From: a virus
Taxonomy: Duplodnaviria > Caudoviricetes
Virus record (IMG/VR): IMGVR_UViG_3300033075_001228
Strand: one strand, 5' to 3'
DNA: 64,000 bases
Shown here: positions 1 to 9,278 of the stretch, one piece after another
Layout: each line of letters starts with the position of its first letter
Position numbering within the stretch: position 1 is the first letter of the stretch
Notes under the pieces: generated by a model
What the model was told of the DNA's origin: nothing
Databases searched by the model: none
Seen by the model: the letters and a program-made list of their open reading frames with translations, nothing else
Made by a program: the position numbers and the translations under genes

Positions 1-1
1 G

Positions 2-667
2 CTCTACAAGTCTGCGAGCTTAGGAGCGACTGCTGAACAAATCTATGAAAAGGTTCAGTATCTTTTACGACAGAATACACATATCAACTCAATCGCCACA
101 GGTTCAACAAGTATAATTGGTAAAACATCTGACCTGTTGCTTCGATTTGTCGGTGACACGTTGGAAGCGGGTACGTTAAACCCCGTCAACCCAGCTTCAG
201 GTAGCGCAAACGGAGTTATCATTGAAGGATTTTCAACGTCTGACACGAACAGGTTGACGTTTAGGGACATCGGAGGAACGAACAGAACGTACCCGTTCGT
301 TGCGACATTGACGTTGAACTTTGGAACAAATCTTATCAACGATGCAAATGCGAAGTATTGGGTCTATTTCACAACCCTTCCTGGCGGTAGCGATGATTTC
401 GGTCAAGCAAACGCAGTGTTAGTTTTGGATAATTCAAACCTGGTGATGTCCGGTAACATCAGCGCTCAGTCATCTGTCCAAAGATCTTTCAACTATGACG
501 GTAATAACCAGGGAGGTAGAACCCCTGGAACAGATGCTAGCGTGACAGCTATCGCTATTGGATTGGAAACAGGCCAATATGTTCGTGCTGAAGGAACGAT
601 TGCAAGATCGACAAGTAACACAATTTCTCTTGTCGCACCGTTGGAACGTAACTACAGCAACGCGTGA
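2..667 (+). CDS. Virion structural protein, 5'-truncated by the window edge
   Basis: Frame of ORF 137..667 stays open back to base 2 (LYKSASLGATAEQIYEKVQYLLRQ...); G/S/T/N-rich; lies in a structural cluster. Confidence 0.6.
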   Translation, partial: LYKSASLGATAEQIYEKVQYLLRQNTHINSIATGSTSIIGKTSDLLLRFVGDTLEAGTLNPVNPASGSANGVIIEGFSTSDTNRLTFRDIGGTNRTYPFVATLTLNFGTNLINDANAKYWVYFTTLPGGSDDFGQANAVLVLDNSNLVMSGNISAQSSVQRSFNYDGNNQGGRTPGTDASVTAIAIGLETGQYVRAEGTIARSTSNTISLVAPLERNYSNA

Positions 668-676
668 TTGGAACGC

Positions 677-2956
677 ATGCCAGTAATTCGCGATATATCA
701 TGGTCATTTGAATCAGTCACAACAGATGCTGGGGTAACTGTTCCGATGCCCGCGTATGAGGGTGACGATTTGCTTCTAGCCTTCATCCAGAGCGATACTG
801 GAGCTCCTACTGTGACTGCGACTGGTTGGGCACAGGTATTTACGCGCAGCAATACTACGTCATTGACTGTGCTAAGAAAGATTGCAACTGGTTCTGTGGA
901 ACCAGCAACTGTAACGTTTGCAGCAACTGTTAACGAAACGTATAACGGAGCGATCGTTTCAATCAAGAATGTTGATACGGCAACACCGATCAACGTTTCA
1001 AATAACGCAAACCAAGCTTCAGCAAACAAGTTTGCATTTCAAGCAGTCACCACAACACGTGACAACTGTTTATTGATATGTGCTAGCGCAAATTCAGCAG
1101 TTGGGGTACCGTCGATCATTGAAGGTCCTGTTATTGGGATCTTGGGTGCAGATGGAGCAGCTGAGTCTCAAGGAATAGGTTGGACGATCGCGCCCTTTAG
1201 CGGTTCAACAAACGGTATCACCACTAGCATCAGCTGCTCTAACGTTGCCGCTGGTGCAGGTGTAAAAGCAGTCATTGCTATCAATCCGCCGTTGACTGGA
1301 ACGTTGTTTGTTCCAACGTACTGCGCTAGTGATAGTTCGGTTTATGTGGATCCGATCAACGGAACGACTGCGTACAACGGCAATGCTGCGTTGGCTGCCA
1401 CGGCTGATACATTGTTTGGTACTTCGTTAAACAGCATCACTGTTGCAGATGCGACTGTCGCTGCGGCTGCTGACACGGGTCTGAATTCGTTTCATTCAAC
1501 CGGTCAACTAACTACGCCGTCTGCGACCTCAAGTTGGGGTGGGGCGACTGTTGATTTGGCGGCGGGTAATAACGTAAACGTTACTGGGAAAAATGTCTTG
1601 GTTCACGTCGGGCCTTCGACCTCTGGACAGACGCAGCGTTTTCCGACTGTTTCTTCAAGTCGTAAAGGAATTGCTTTTGGAATGTTGTCGTCAGCAGGCA
1701 ACTATAAGGTCTGGTATGTTCACGGAAATGGAACACCTTGGGGTCAATCAAGAGATGTTCCATTGGTCATTAATTCAAGCGCCGTAACGAGCTCAGTGCT
1801 TCAGTCAGCAGGAACGTTTAATGCTGCTGCTGCTGATACATTTGGGTTTTGGGTATCATCAACAGGTGTTTCCACCACAATTTGGCAGTTTGCATCGTTG
1901 TGGGTGCTTGATACCACGATCATCGCTGGCGGTAATGTATCAGGATCAGTCAATATTGAAGGCATAACTAACGCCGCCGCCCGCGGTCATGAACGTCGAT
2001 CTGTGATCCAACAAGGAGCAAACCAAGCGCTTGTTCTTCAGCCGTTACAATTTGGGAACGGTGGTACTAATCCAATTTACCTTGATCTAGACGCTACTGC
2101 CATAGAATTTCCACGTCAATACAACCTGTCAAAAAAGCAGATCGGTTACTGTAGCGCTGATAACGTAGCTGGTTTAACGTATTACGCTGGCAGCGGTGAT
2201 ACCATCAAGCATCGCAACAGCGTTGTTTCGTCACCATCGCAGTATCATTGGAGAATGCACGTTTCATCATCAGCTTCAGCCTCATATGATTTTTCTGGCC
2301 TGTCGATCATCGGCGCCGGTGATGTTCAGTTACGTAATGTGACAACGTTCTCTGACGTATCGTTTACCAATTGCGGCGTCATAACGCAAAACTCAGCTTC
2401 GCTATCAAGCTGTAACATCTCTAATAGCATTACATCATCGGCGGTCGTTTCAAACAACCCAGGCGGGATCTCCGATTGTGTATTCACCAGTGCTGGAACT
2501 GGTCACGCGATTGAGATTACGTCCGTCGGCGCATTTACGTTTTCTGGTAACGTTTTTTCTGGTTACGGTAGCACTGGCACCACTGACGCTGCCGTGTACA
2601 ACAACTCTGGTGGTGCCATCACGATCAACGTGGTGAATGGTGGTAGTACTCCAACGTATCGTAATGGTGCTGGTGCTTCAACGACTGTCAACAACAACGT
2701 TAACGTTACGTTGACGGGTCTTAAGAATCCAACTGAGGTTCGTGTATTCTCTGCGGGAACACAGACGCCTTTGGCTGGTCAAGAAGATGTAACGCTGGGT
2801 GAATTTACATTTTCAGTTGGATCAGGGGTAGCGGTTGATATTTCAATACTGTCGTTAGGATATCAAAACATGAGGATTTTAACGTACAGCACAACCTCTG
2901 ACGTAACCCTTCCTATTTCACAACAGGTTGATCGACAATATGAGAACATAGCGTGA
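677..2956 (+). CDS. Tail fibre / virion appendage-like protein (beta-rich, possible beta-helix segment)
   Basis: ~760 aa, very rich in A/G/S/T/V/N, repetitive 'FTFSGNVFSGYG'-type strands; ATG at 677. Confidence 0.55.
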   Translation: MPVIRDISWSFESVTTDAGVTVPMPAYEGDDLLLAFIQSDTGAPTVTATGWAQVFTRSNTTSLTVLRKIATGSVEPATVTFAATVNETYNGAIVSIKNVDTATPINVSNNANQASANKFAFQAVTTTRDNCLLICASANSAVGVPSIIEGPVIGILGADGAAESQGIGWTIAPFSGSTNGITTSISCSNVAAGAGVKAVIAINPPLTGTLFVPTYCASDSSVYVDPINGTTAYNGNAALAATADTLFGTSLNSITVADATVAAAADTGLNSFHSTGQLTTPSATSSWGGATVDLAAGNNVNVTGKNVLVHVGPSTSGQTQRFPTVSSSRKGIAFGMLSSAGNYKVWYVHGNGTPWGQSRDVPLVINSSAVTSSVLQSAGTFNAAAADTFGFWVSSTGVSTTIWQFASLWVLDTTIIAGGNVSGSVNIEGITNAAARGHERRSVIQQGANQALVLQPLQFGNGGTNPIYLDLDATAIEFPRQYNLSKKQIGYCSADNVAGLTYYAGSGDTIKHRNSVVSSPSQYHWRMHVSSSASASYDFSGLSIIGAGDVQLRNVTTFSDVSFTNCGVITQNSASLSSCNISNSITSSAVVSNNPGGISDCVFTSAGTGHAIEITSVGAFTFSGNVFSGYGSTGTTDAAVYNNSGGAITINVVNGGSTPTYRNGAGASTTVNNNVNVTLTGLKNPTEVRVFSAGTQTPLAGQEDVTLGEFTFSVGSGVAVDISILSLGYQNMRILTYSTTSDVTLPISQQVDRQYENIA

Positions 2957-2982
2957 TGCTATGTGTAGTATAAGCAGCAGGC

Positions 2983-3369
2983 ATGGGATACCAATTTGAT
3001 GGCGCAAATAAGCTGATCATATTGACAGCTGGAACGACATCATTCTCAGCCACAGATCTGTATTCACGATGGAAGGATTGGGTTCAAATATCCGACAACT
3101 CTAAGTACATATTTGCATTTACTAGCGTTGCTGGTGATCCCATAGGTTCCGGGCAAACGATTGCACCATACATCTTTCTCAACACGATTGATGGATGGCG
3201 AATTCGTCCGCAAGAAGTTGATCACGAGCTGCGGATTAGTGGAAACCTTTATTCGAACGACTCGTCGTTACCTTTGTTCGTGCAAACATTGGGTGATTAC
3301 ACAGTAACGATTATCATTGAACGCTCTAGCGCCGCGATCGTTGTTGGTGGTGGACGTGTGCTGAGGTAA
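2983..3369 (+). CDS. Hypothetical virion protein
   Basis: 128-aa ORF in the structural cluster (DLYSRWKDW...GWRIRP). Confidence 0.55.
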   Translation: MGYQFDGANKLIILTAGTTSFSATDLYSRWKDWVQISDNSKYIFAFTSVAGDPIGSGQTIAPYIFLNTIDGWRIRPQEVDHELRISGNLYSNDSSLPLFVQTLGDYTVTIIIERSSAAIVVGGGRVLR

Positions 3370-3372
3370 TCT

Positions 3373-4131
3373 ATGTGGTTTACACGCATGGATCAGGGTT
3401 TTAGGGGTTGGTTTGCAGCTGTTAATCCAATGGGAACATTAGCAACTGGCTTATCGTCTAGTAGCTTTACAATCACAGTTCGTAATCCAGCAGACACAGC
3501 TTCAAGTACGCCAAGTGCCATTGAATCAGGAAAACCCGGTCTTTATCGATTTGATGTTACATCATCGTATTTTTTGACACATGGTACAGGCGATTATGGG
3601 GTCGTGATTGAAGTCACCAACGGTTCGAACTCTGACGTGCTGTCGAATGTTTTAAGTGTTTACCAACATGATTTTGATACGTTGTTGTCATCATCGATCA
3701 GTATTTCATCGTCAAGCATTCAAACGTTAGTTTCAGCAACGTGGGATGCTAACATGAGTTCACATATTTTGTCTGGGACTGCTGGTGTGATGCTTAGAAG
3801 CGCGAGCTTGGGCCCGACACCAACGATCGATTACCAACAAATTGCAACGTCTGTTTGGAATGAGCAGCTATCATTGCACACTGAACAAGGTTCCACAGGA
3901 TTATCACTGTCTCAAGTATCTGGTACTATTAGCTTGATTTCCAGCTCTGTTGGTCGTATGTCTGGTACGTTAGGTTTTCTTTACGACATAAACTTCGGTC
4001 GTTGGAGAATCATTTCAAATGAAATGATCTTCTACAAAGATGATAATGCAACTGAGATAGTTAGATTTGCTCTTAAGGACAGCGCGGGCGCACCAACAAT
4101 GGAGTCAGTCTTTGAGCGTGTTAAGATCTAA
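3373..4131 (+). CDS. Hypothetical virion protein
   Basis: 252 aa, Ser-rich, two W..(M/L)..H...G(T/S).G repeats. Confidence 0.55.
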   Translation: MWFTRMDQGFRGWFAAVNPMGTLATGLSSSSFTITVRNPADTASSTPSAIESGKPGLYRFDVTSSYFLTHGTGDYGVVIEVTNGSNSDVLSNVLSVYQHDFDTLLSSSISISSSSIQTLVSATWDANMSSHILSGTAGVMLRSASLGPTPTIDYQQIATSVWNEQLSLHTEQGSTGLSLSQVSGTISLISSSVGRMSGTLGFLYDINFGRWRIISNEMIFYKDDNATEIVRFALKDSAGAPTMESVFERVKI

Positions 4132-4156
4132 CTAGCTAAACGAAAAGGCTTCAGTT

Positions 4157-4510
4157 TTGAAGATCATCACACGCGGGTTTGGTGGCATAGGCCAAAATAG
4201 CATAGTGACGCTGGGGTATGGTCCCAGCGTTGTTCAAGCTGTTGTTGATGGCATTGTTGAAATTTTCAAACCTCGCCAATCAGGCCGTCGCTCATCATCG
4301 TATGAACATGAGCTTGAAGATGTTATTACCGTGTGGGCAAAATTGATTGAGGTCAATGAAATTCAACCAAAGCATGATATCGTTGGAAAGCAAATAGTTA
4401 CACCTGACGAAAGCTCAACGTTAAATGTCATGGTTGAGTTTGTGAAATCAGTTGTTGAACGTTTAATAAGACGAGTGACAGTTAGTTTTGTGCGTAACAA
4501 ACGATCATAG
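4157..4510 (+). CDS. Hypothetical protein
   Basis: 117-aa ORF, colinear with neighbours. Confidence 0.5.
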   Translation: MKIITRGFGGIGQNSIVTLGYGPSVVQAVVDGIVEIFKPRQSGRRSSSYEHELEDVITVWAKLIEVNEIQPKHDIVGKQIVTPDESSTLNVMVEFVKSVVERLIRRVTVSFVRNKRS

Positions 4511-4549
4511 TCATCGTTAGATTTAGCTGTTCACAACATAAATACTAGC

Positions 4550-5056
4550 ATGGATCACACTGATAGCATTGATGTAGATCTTGACGAACAAACAGAGCTG
4601 TTATTCAAGGTTAAAATCGAGGGAGCTAAGCAGGAAAAAGCAACAGTTAGGTTAGTGTGTGAAGGTAGCGATCACGCGTTGTTGTTTTCTGGCAAGTCGT
4701 TAGGACATGATGATTTGGTTCAATTCATCATTCCTAGCCTAGCCTCAAAGACAAATGAGGGCCTTCACTCTGCCAAGATTGAAGTTATGATTGAAAATCG
4801 TTACTTCGTTCCAGTTAGCTTTTCGCTTAACGTAAAGAAAACCATCAAAGTTGTCGCTGAGTCAGTTACAGAAGCTAAGAAGTTTTTTCAACCAAACGTC
4901 GTGGTGAAAGCTGAACCAGTAACACCTACGTTAAAAGAACGTTACGTTCAAAAGTCTAAATTGGTCGAAGTCCAAAAGCCAGTTGAAGATCTTAACGAAG
5001 AATCGATCCTGACGTTAGCCAGCAAATTCTTGCAGAAAAGCAAAACGAAACGCTAG
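4550..5056 (+). CDS. Hypothetical protein
   Basis: 168-aa ORF preceded by TAAATA 5 nt upstream. Confidence 0.6.
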   Translation: MDHTDSIDVDLDEQTELLFKVKIEGAKQEKATVRLVCEGSDHALLFSGKSLGHDDLVQFIIPSLASKTNEGLHSAKIEVMIENRYFVPVSFSLNVKKTIKVVAESVTEAKKFFQPNVVVKAEPVTPTLKERYVQKSKLVEVQKPVEDLNEESILTLASKFLQKSKTKR

Positions 5057-5100
5057 CACCTTAGTAGCTATCAACGTTCCATACATATCGTTGAGGCTTG

Positions 5101-6306
5101 ATGGCAACGTTTACAGAAACGCTTAACCCGACGCCGTTTGGGTTTTTTGACTCTGACGCTCAGTTTCAAACTGAGGCTGACGGCATGGTTACGTTTGTGA
5201 AACGTAAGCTAGGTGATGACGTGTTGTCTGTTGAGCTTACGAAGAAGGAGATCTGGGCGTGTTTTGAGGAGGCGTGCTGCGAGTATAGCCGCCTTGTGCA
5301 CGAGATGAAGATCCAGTCTGAGCTTGTAAACGTCCTCGGCTTGCCAACTGGATCGACTGACCTGACAAACATCTACCCGCGCCAGTCGCTAGAGTTTTTG
5401 ATTCGTCAAGCTGAGCCGTATGCAGCCGAGGCGTTCCTGGGCGGACCGTACGATGCGCAGCTTGGTTACATCGATCTGGTCCAAGGCCAACAGGACTATG
5501 ACATCTATGATGACATCAAGAGCTTCGAAAGCGGAACCGTGGGGCAGAACCTCTGGCTCTCGATCCCGTCTGGTTCCCGCGGCCGCATGAAGATTGTTGA
5601 GGTGTTTCACTTTGAGCCGCTCGCCGCGCAGCACTTCCTTCTGAACGCAAGCAACATCACAAACTTCCTGGCTACAAACTTTAACTACGAATCATACGTC
5701 AACAGCACCGTCTTCTACGTGTTGCCCGTGTTTGAGGATGTATTACGTCGTGGCATGCTTGAGACTGCTTTTCGGGTGCGCAGGTCAAACTATAGCTACG
5801 AGATCATCGGCAGCCGCCTAAGGATCTACCCGGCGCCAGTGACAGACCTGCAACAAGGAAAGCTGTTCATTAAGGTGTTTGCTCAGCCTCCAAACCCCGT
5901 CAACCCGAGCGGCATCGGCGTCTCTGGCAGCGTAGACTCTACGTTGTACGGGATCTCTGGCCCTAGCAACGTTCCGCTTAACAACCTTCCGTTCACCACG
6001 ATCACCCAGCCTGGTCGTCAGTGGATCAGGCAGTACACCTTAGCGTTGGCAAAGGAGCTGCTGGGCCTGATCAGGGGCAAGTTTCAGACCGTGCCGATCC
6101 CGAACGCCGACCTGACGTTAAACGGTGAGGTTCTTCGTGCAGACGGTCGTGAGGACCAGGCCAGGCTGCGAGACCAGATCAAAGAATGGCTCGCAAAGCT
6201 GACGAACCAGGCGTTGATGGAGCAGCAATCGACACTCGCCGAACAGCTACAAAAACAGTTGAAATTTGTCCCCATGCCGTTGGGCAAAGCGATAACGATT
6301 GGGTAA
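5101..6306 (+). CDS. Neck / head-tail adaptor protein (T4 gp13-like)
   Basis: N-terminal 'RKLGDDVLSVELT' and C-terminal 'WIRQYTLALAKELLGLIRGKF...LTLNG' resemble gp13-type neck proteins; lies upstream of the sheath genes. Confidence 0.65.
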   Translation: MATFTETLNPTPFGFFDSDAQFQTEADGMVTFVKRKLGDDVLSVELTKKEIWACFEEACCEYSRLVHEMKIQSELVNVLGLPTGSTDLTNIYPRQSLEFLIRQAEPYAAEAFLGGPYDAQLGYIDLVQGQQDYDIYDDIKSFESGTVGQNLWLSIPSGSRGRMKIVEVFHFEPLAAQHFLLNASNITNFLATNFNYESYVNSTVFYVLPVFEDVLRRGMLETAFRVRRSNYSYEIIGSRLRIYPAPVTDLQQGKLFIKVFAQPPNPVNPSGIGVSGSVDSTLYGISGPSNVPLNNLPFTTITQPGRQWIRQYTLALAKELLGLIRGKFQTVPIPNADLTLNGEVLRADGREDQARLRDQIKEWLAKLTNQALMEQQSTLAEQLQKQLKFVPMPLGKAITIG

Positions 6307-6432
6307 AGGTAGGCTACTGTGAAAATGCTCATCGAAAGCAACAGGGGAAATATTCTTCGATCTTCACTACCAAATTAACAAGGCTGGCGCCATTGAGCCC
6401 GCCCACGCGCAGCCCCTCGCCTAGTTAGACTC

Positions 6433-6729
6433 ATGAAGCTAAAACTTGGAGAGCTTAAAAAGCTGATCGAAGCGTTGGTCGAAGGAACCATTGAGGTTTC
6501 GCCGCGCGGCCTAAGACCTGGTGACGTTTTGAACGGTCGATTGATTGCTCATGTGACCGTAGATCAAAAAAACAAAGGTTATGTTTTTGTAACTTACGAT
6601 GACGGATCATCTGTTCGACTTCGAGCACATAACCTCAAGTATAAGCAGGTGCCACGCATAGAACGTTCAGGGACGGAGAGCGATAAATATCTTCCCAAGA
6701 TACCAGCAGGATGGGGTTCAAAGGGATGA
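6433..6729 (+). CDS. Small protein with shared N-terminal helix (MKLKLGELKKLIE)
   Basis: 98-aa ORF; late-type motif CTAGTTA 5 nt upstream. Confidence 0.65.
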   Translation: MKLKLGELKKLIEALVEGTIEVSPRGLRPGDVLNGRLIAHVTVDQKNKGYVFVTYDDGSSVRLRAHNLKYKQVPRIERSGTESDKYLPKIPAGWGSKG

Positions 6730-7232
6730 TCATACGACTTGGTGATCTGCGACGCATCATCAAAGAAGCCTTGCGAGAGGGCCCTGGGATTCGTCTTATC
6801 AGGGTTGGCGGCCTTAGCCCAGTGAAGCAGACGAACTCAGCAGCTCCTGAACGTAAGGGAGTTTGGGCGTTTATTTGGCCTTACCACGACGTGTTCCTGC
6901 TTGGTTCAACCGGCCCGGAGGGCGTTCACCCAGGGGAAGGAAAGACTCGCTTCGATCAGCTGAAAAGAGAGGGATGGCGTCGTTTCGTGCATCGCGGCAT
7001 CATCTATACACGGCTTCCAGTTCCAGGCGCTGAAGTCGTCAACGGCTGGCATAAAACTGATGGTTCGGCGCTCGCAGCTTACATGACAAAGAACTTTGCG
7101 TCAATGACCAAACAGATTCGACAGATGCAAAAGCAGGGTAAGCTTCACAGGAACGATGTAAACCCATTCAAGGTGTTCTCTAAGGACCAGTTTGAGGTGT
7201 TTGTCCCTCGACCTGACGAGGAGGGCTTCTGA
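6726..7232 (+). CDS. Small protein with shared N-terminal helix (MIIRLGDLRRIIKEALRE)
   Basis: ATGA overlap with the upstream gene; motif family member. Confidence 0.65.
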   Translation: MIIRLGDLRRIIKEALREGPGIRLIRVGGLSPVKQTNSAAPERKGVWAFIWPYHDVFLLGSTGPEGVHPGEGKTRFDQLKREGWRRFVHRGIIYTRLPVPGAEVVNGWHKTDGSALAAYMTKNFASMTKQIRQMQKQGKLHRNDVNPFKVFSKDQFEVFVPRPDEEGF

Positions 7233-7909
7233 TGGCGCGCCTTTTCATCACCCCCCGAGAGCTAAACTTCATCAGCGATATCACAAAAGAGATCATCAAA
7301 GATGTCATCGGCCAACGCATCTACTACTACCCGATCTCTGAGGCCAAGACGCTTACGCACGGTGTCTACAATGAGTCGATGCAGAAGGTGTTCGACAACC
7401 CTATCATCATCGATGCGCTTGTCGACAGCAACTTTCAGGCTGACACAAAGATCGGTGCGTTTGGAATCGACCAACAGTATAGGTTGGAGGTCTACGTACA
7501 GTACCGTGACCTGGTCGCGAAGGGCATCAACATCCAGATCGGAGACTTCTTTTCGTTCAGCGACATCTTCTATGAGATAACCGATGAAACGTTCATGAGG
7601 AACATCTACGGCCAGGCTGAGCACCGTGACGGAATAAAGATAGTCGGCACCAAGGCCCGTGCAGGCCAGTTTGAGGCCTTGCTACGTGGTCCAACTGACA
7701 TCGCACGTCCTGAGCCAGACGCAGTCCAGAGGACGTTTGAGCAGCAACGTGGTCGTGTAGAAAACTCTGAGGGCCCAACGGGAGACGTTAGGGACCTCGT
7801 GAAAGAGGGTGTGTTGGATGAATCGCTGACTGGACCAAAGGAGGTGTCGCCTCGCGGAGCGGGAAGCGATGCATCACACCATGGCTCAAGCTTCTATGAT
7901 GATGAATGA
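7232..7909 (+). CDS. Neck / head closure protein (T4 gp14-like)
   Basis: 225 aa; 'DVIGQRIYYYPI...FGID...GDFF' pattern; position between neck and terminator genes. Confidence 0.5.
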   Translation: MARLFITPRELNFISDITKEIIKDVIGQRIYYYPISEAKTLTHGVYNESMQKVFDNPIIIDALVDSNFQADTKIGAFGIDQQYRLEVYVQYRDLVAKGINIQIGDFFSFSDIFYEITDETFMRNIYGQAEHRDGIKIVGTKARAGQFEALLRGPTDIARPEPDAVQRTFEQQRGRVENSEGPTGDVRDLVKEGVLDESLTGPKEVSPRGAGSDASHHGSSFYDDE

Positions 7910-7918
7910 GGTCAGCAG

Positions 7919-9214
7919 ATGGCAACGCGTTTCAACAACAAAGGCAGACCAAACCTAGGGGTTTCAAACCTGCCGACTGGGTATGAAGGCGCCTCTGCAC
8001 CTGACGACCTGACGATCCCAGCGGTTGGAATTGAAGACGTAGACGTAGGGCTGTTCAACCTTTTTGACAAGGAGATTGGGCTGACGGTGTCTGCAAGCGA
8101 CCACAACAGGTTGGAGCTGAAAAAGGTCCCAGTGATCTTTTCTTCTGCGGAAAAGTGGGCGCTTAGCAAGCGACAGCGGGGGTTTCGCGATCAGACGAAC
8201 TCTCTCATCTTGCCGTTGGTTACTGTAGTTCGTACGACTGTTCAGCAGCTTAATGATGACATAACTGGCCGAGGCATCAACCAACAGACAGGTGAGATCC
8301 ATGTTCAAAGACGCTTAGATAAATCGGACAGAGGATACCAAGGCCTAATAAACAGGCTGATGCTGAATCACCAGACCAACCTCGCAGTGTCACCAACGCA
8401 GGCTGACACGGACCAGCTGTCAACAAACCGTTCACTAGGCTCGTTGGCTTCAGATCCAACGGTTCGTGAAGGAGGGCTGATGCTGGCCGACCGCAGGAAC
8501 GACGTGTATGAGACCCTGGTGCTTCCTGCTCCGCAGTTTTTCACTGCGGTGTATGAGGTTACGCTTTGGGCGCAGTACGTGTTTCAGATGATGCAGATCC
8601 TTGAACAGCTCATCGCTTCGTTTTTGCCTCAGGGAAACGCCTGGCGTGTGGAGACAAAGAAAGGCTACTGGTTCGTTGCGACCGTGGACGGTAACGTCTA
8701 TAACGCGGAAAACAACTTTGAAGACATGTCGCAGGAGGAAAGGCTGATCAAGTACAAGTTTACGATCAAGCTTCCTGGCTACATCCTGGCCACGAACGTC
8801 CCAGGCGCTCCAGTTCCGATCAAACGCTACGTATCATCGCCATCAATCTCATTTGACCTTGATGCCGGATCTAGCGAGGCCGTAGACCCGAGCCTGGTTG
8901 ATGAGCCTTTTCTCGGCTCTGACGACCCTACGTTGCCGCTTGATAGCTCTACGAGGCGCGCAGACCAGAGGAACACTGGACGCACGCGGCTTTACCCATC
9001 AGACGGAAACGTGTCGCCGGACGACCCTGCGTTGTTGAACAGGCCAAGGGGTCAACCGTTGGCCAGGTACAAGAAGTTAGAGACCCTGGACGGCAACGGA
9101 CGTAAGACGACCAAATTTGTCAGGGTATCATCCACAAATACGTTTGCCGGAGAGACGGTTTTTGCGCCTGACGCGGACCTTGGCTGGTTTACGATCGTAG
9201 TCAACAAGGGCTGA
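7919..9214 (+). CDS. Tail terminator / sheath stabiliser (T4 gp15-like)
   Basis: 'KVPVIF...ILPL...YEVTLW...MMQILEQL' pattern; immediately upstream of the sheath. Confidence 0.5.
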   Translation: MATRFNNKGRPNLGVSNLPTGYEGASAPDDLTIPAVGIEDVDVGLFNLFDKEIGLTVSASDHNRLELKKVPVIFSSAEKWALSKRQRGFRDQTNSLILPLVTVVRTTVQQLNDDITGRGINQQTGEIHVQRRLDKSDRGYQGLINRLMLNHQTNLAVSPTQADTDQLSTNRSLGSLASDPTVREGGLMLADRRNDVYETLVLPAPQFFTAVYEVTLWAQYVFQMMQILEQLIASFLPQGNAWRVETKKGYWFVATVDGNVYNAENNFEDMSQEERLIKYKFTIKLPGYILATNVPGAPVPIKRYVSSPSISFDLDAGSSEAVDPSLVDEPFLGSDDPTLPLDSSTRRADQRNTGRTRLYPSDGNVSPDDPALLNRPRGQPLARYKKLETLDGNGRKTTKFVRVSSTNTFAGETVFAPDADLGWFTIVVNKG

Positions 9215-9278
9215 TCTAGGTTTTCGAACGAACGCACAATAGTTATTGTAGCGTTGATACGCTTAGAGGAAAACCGTA

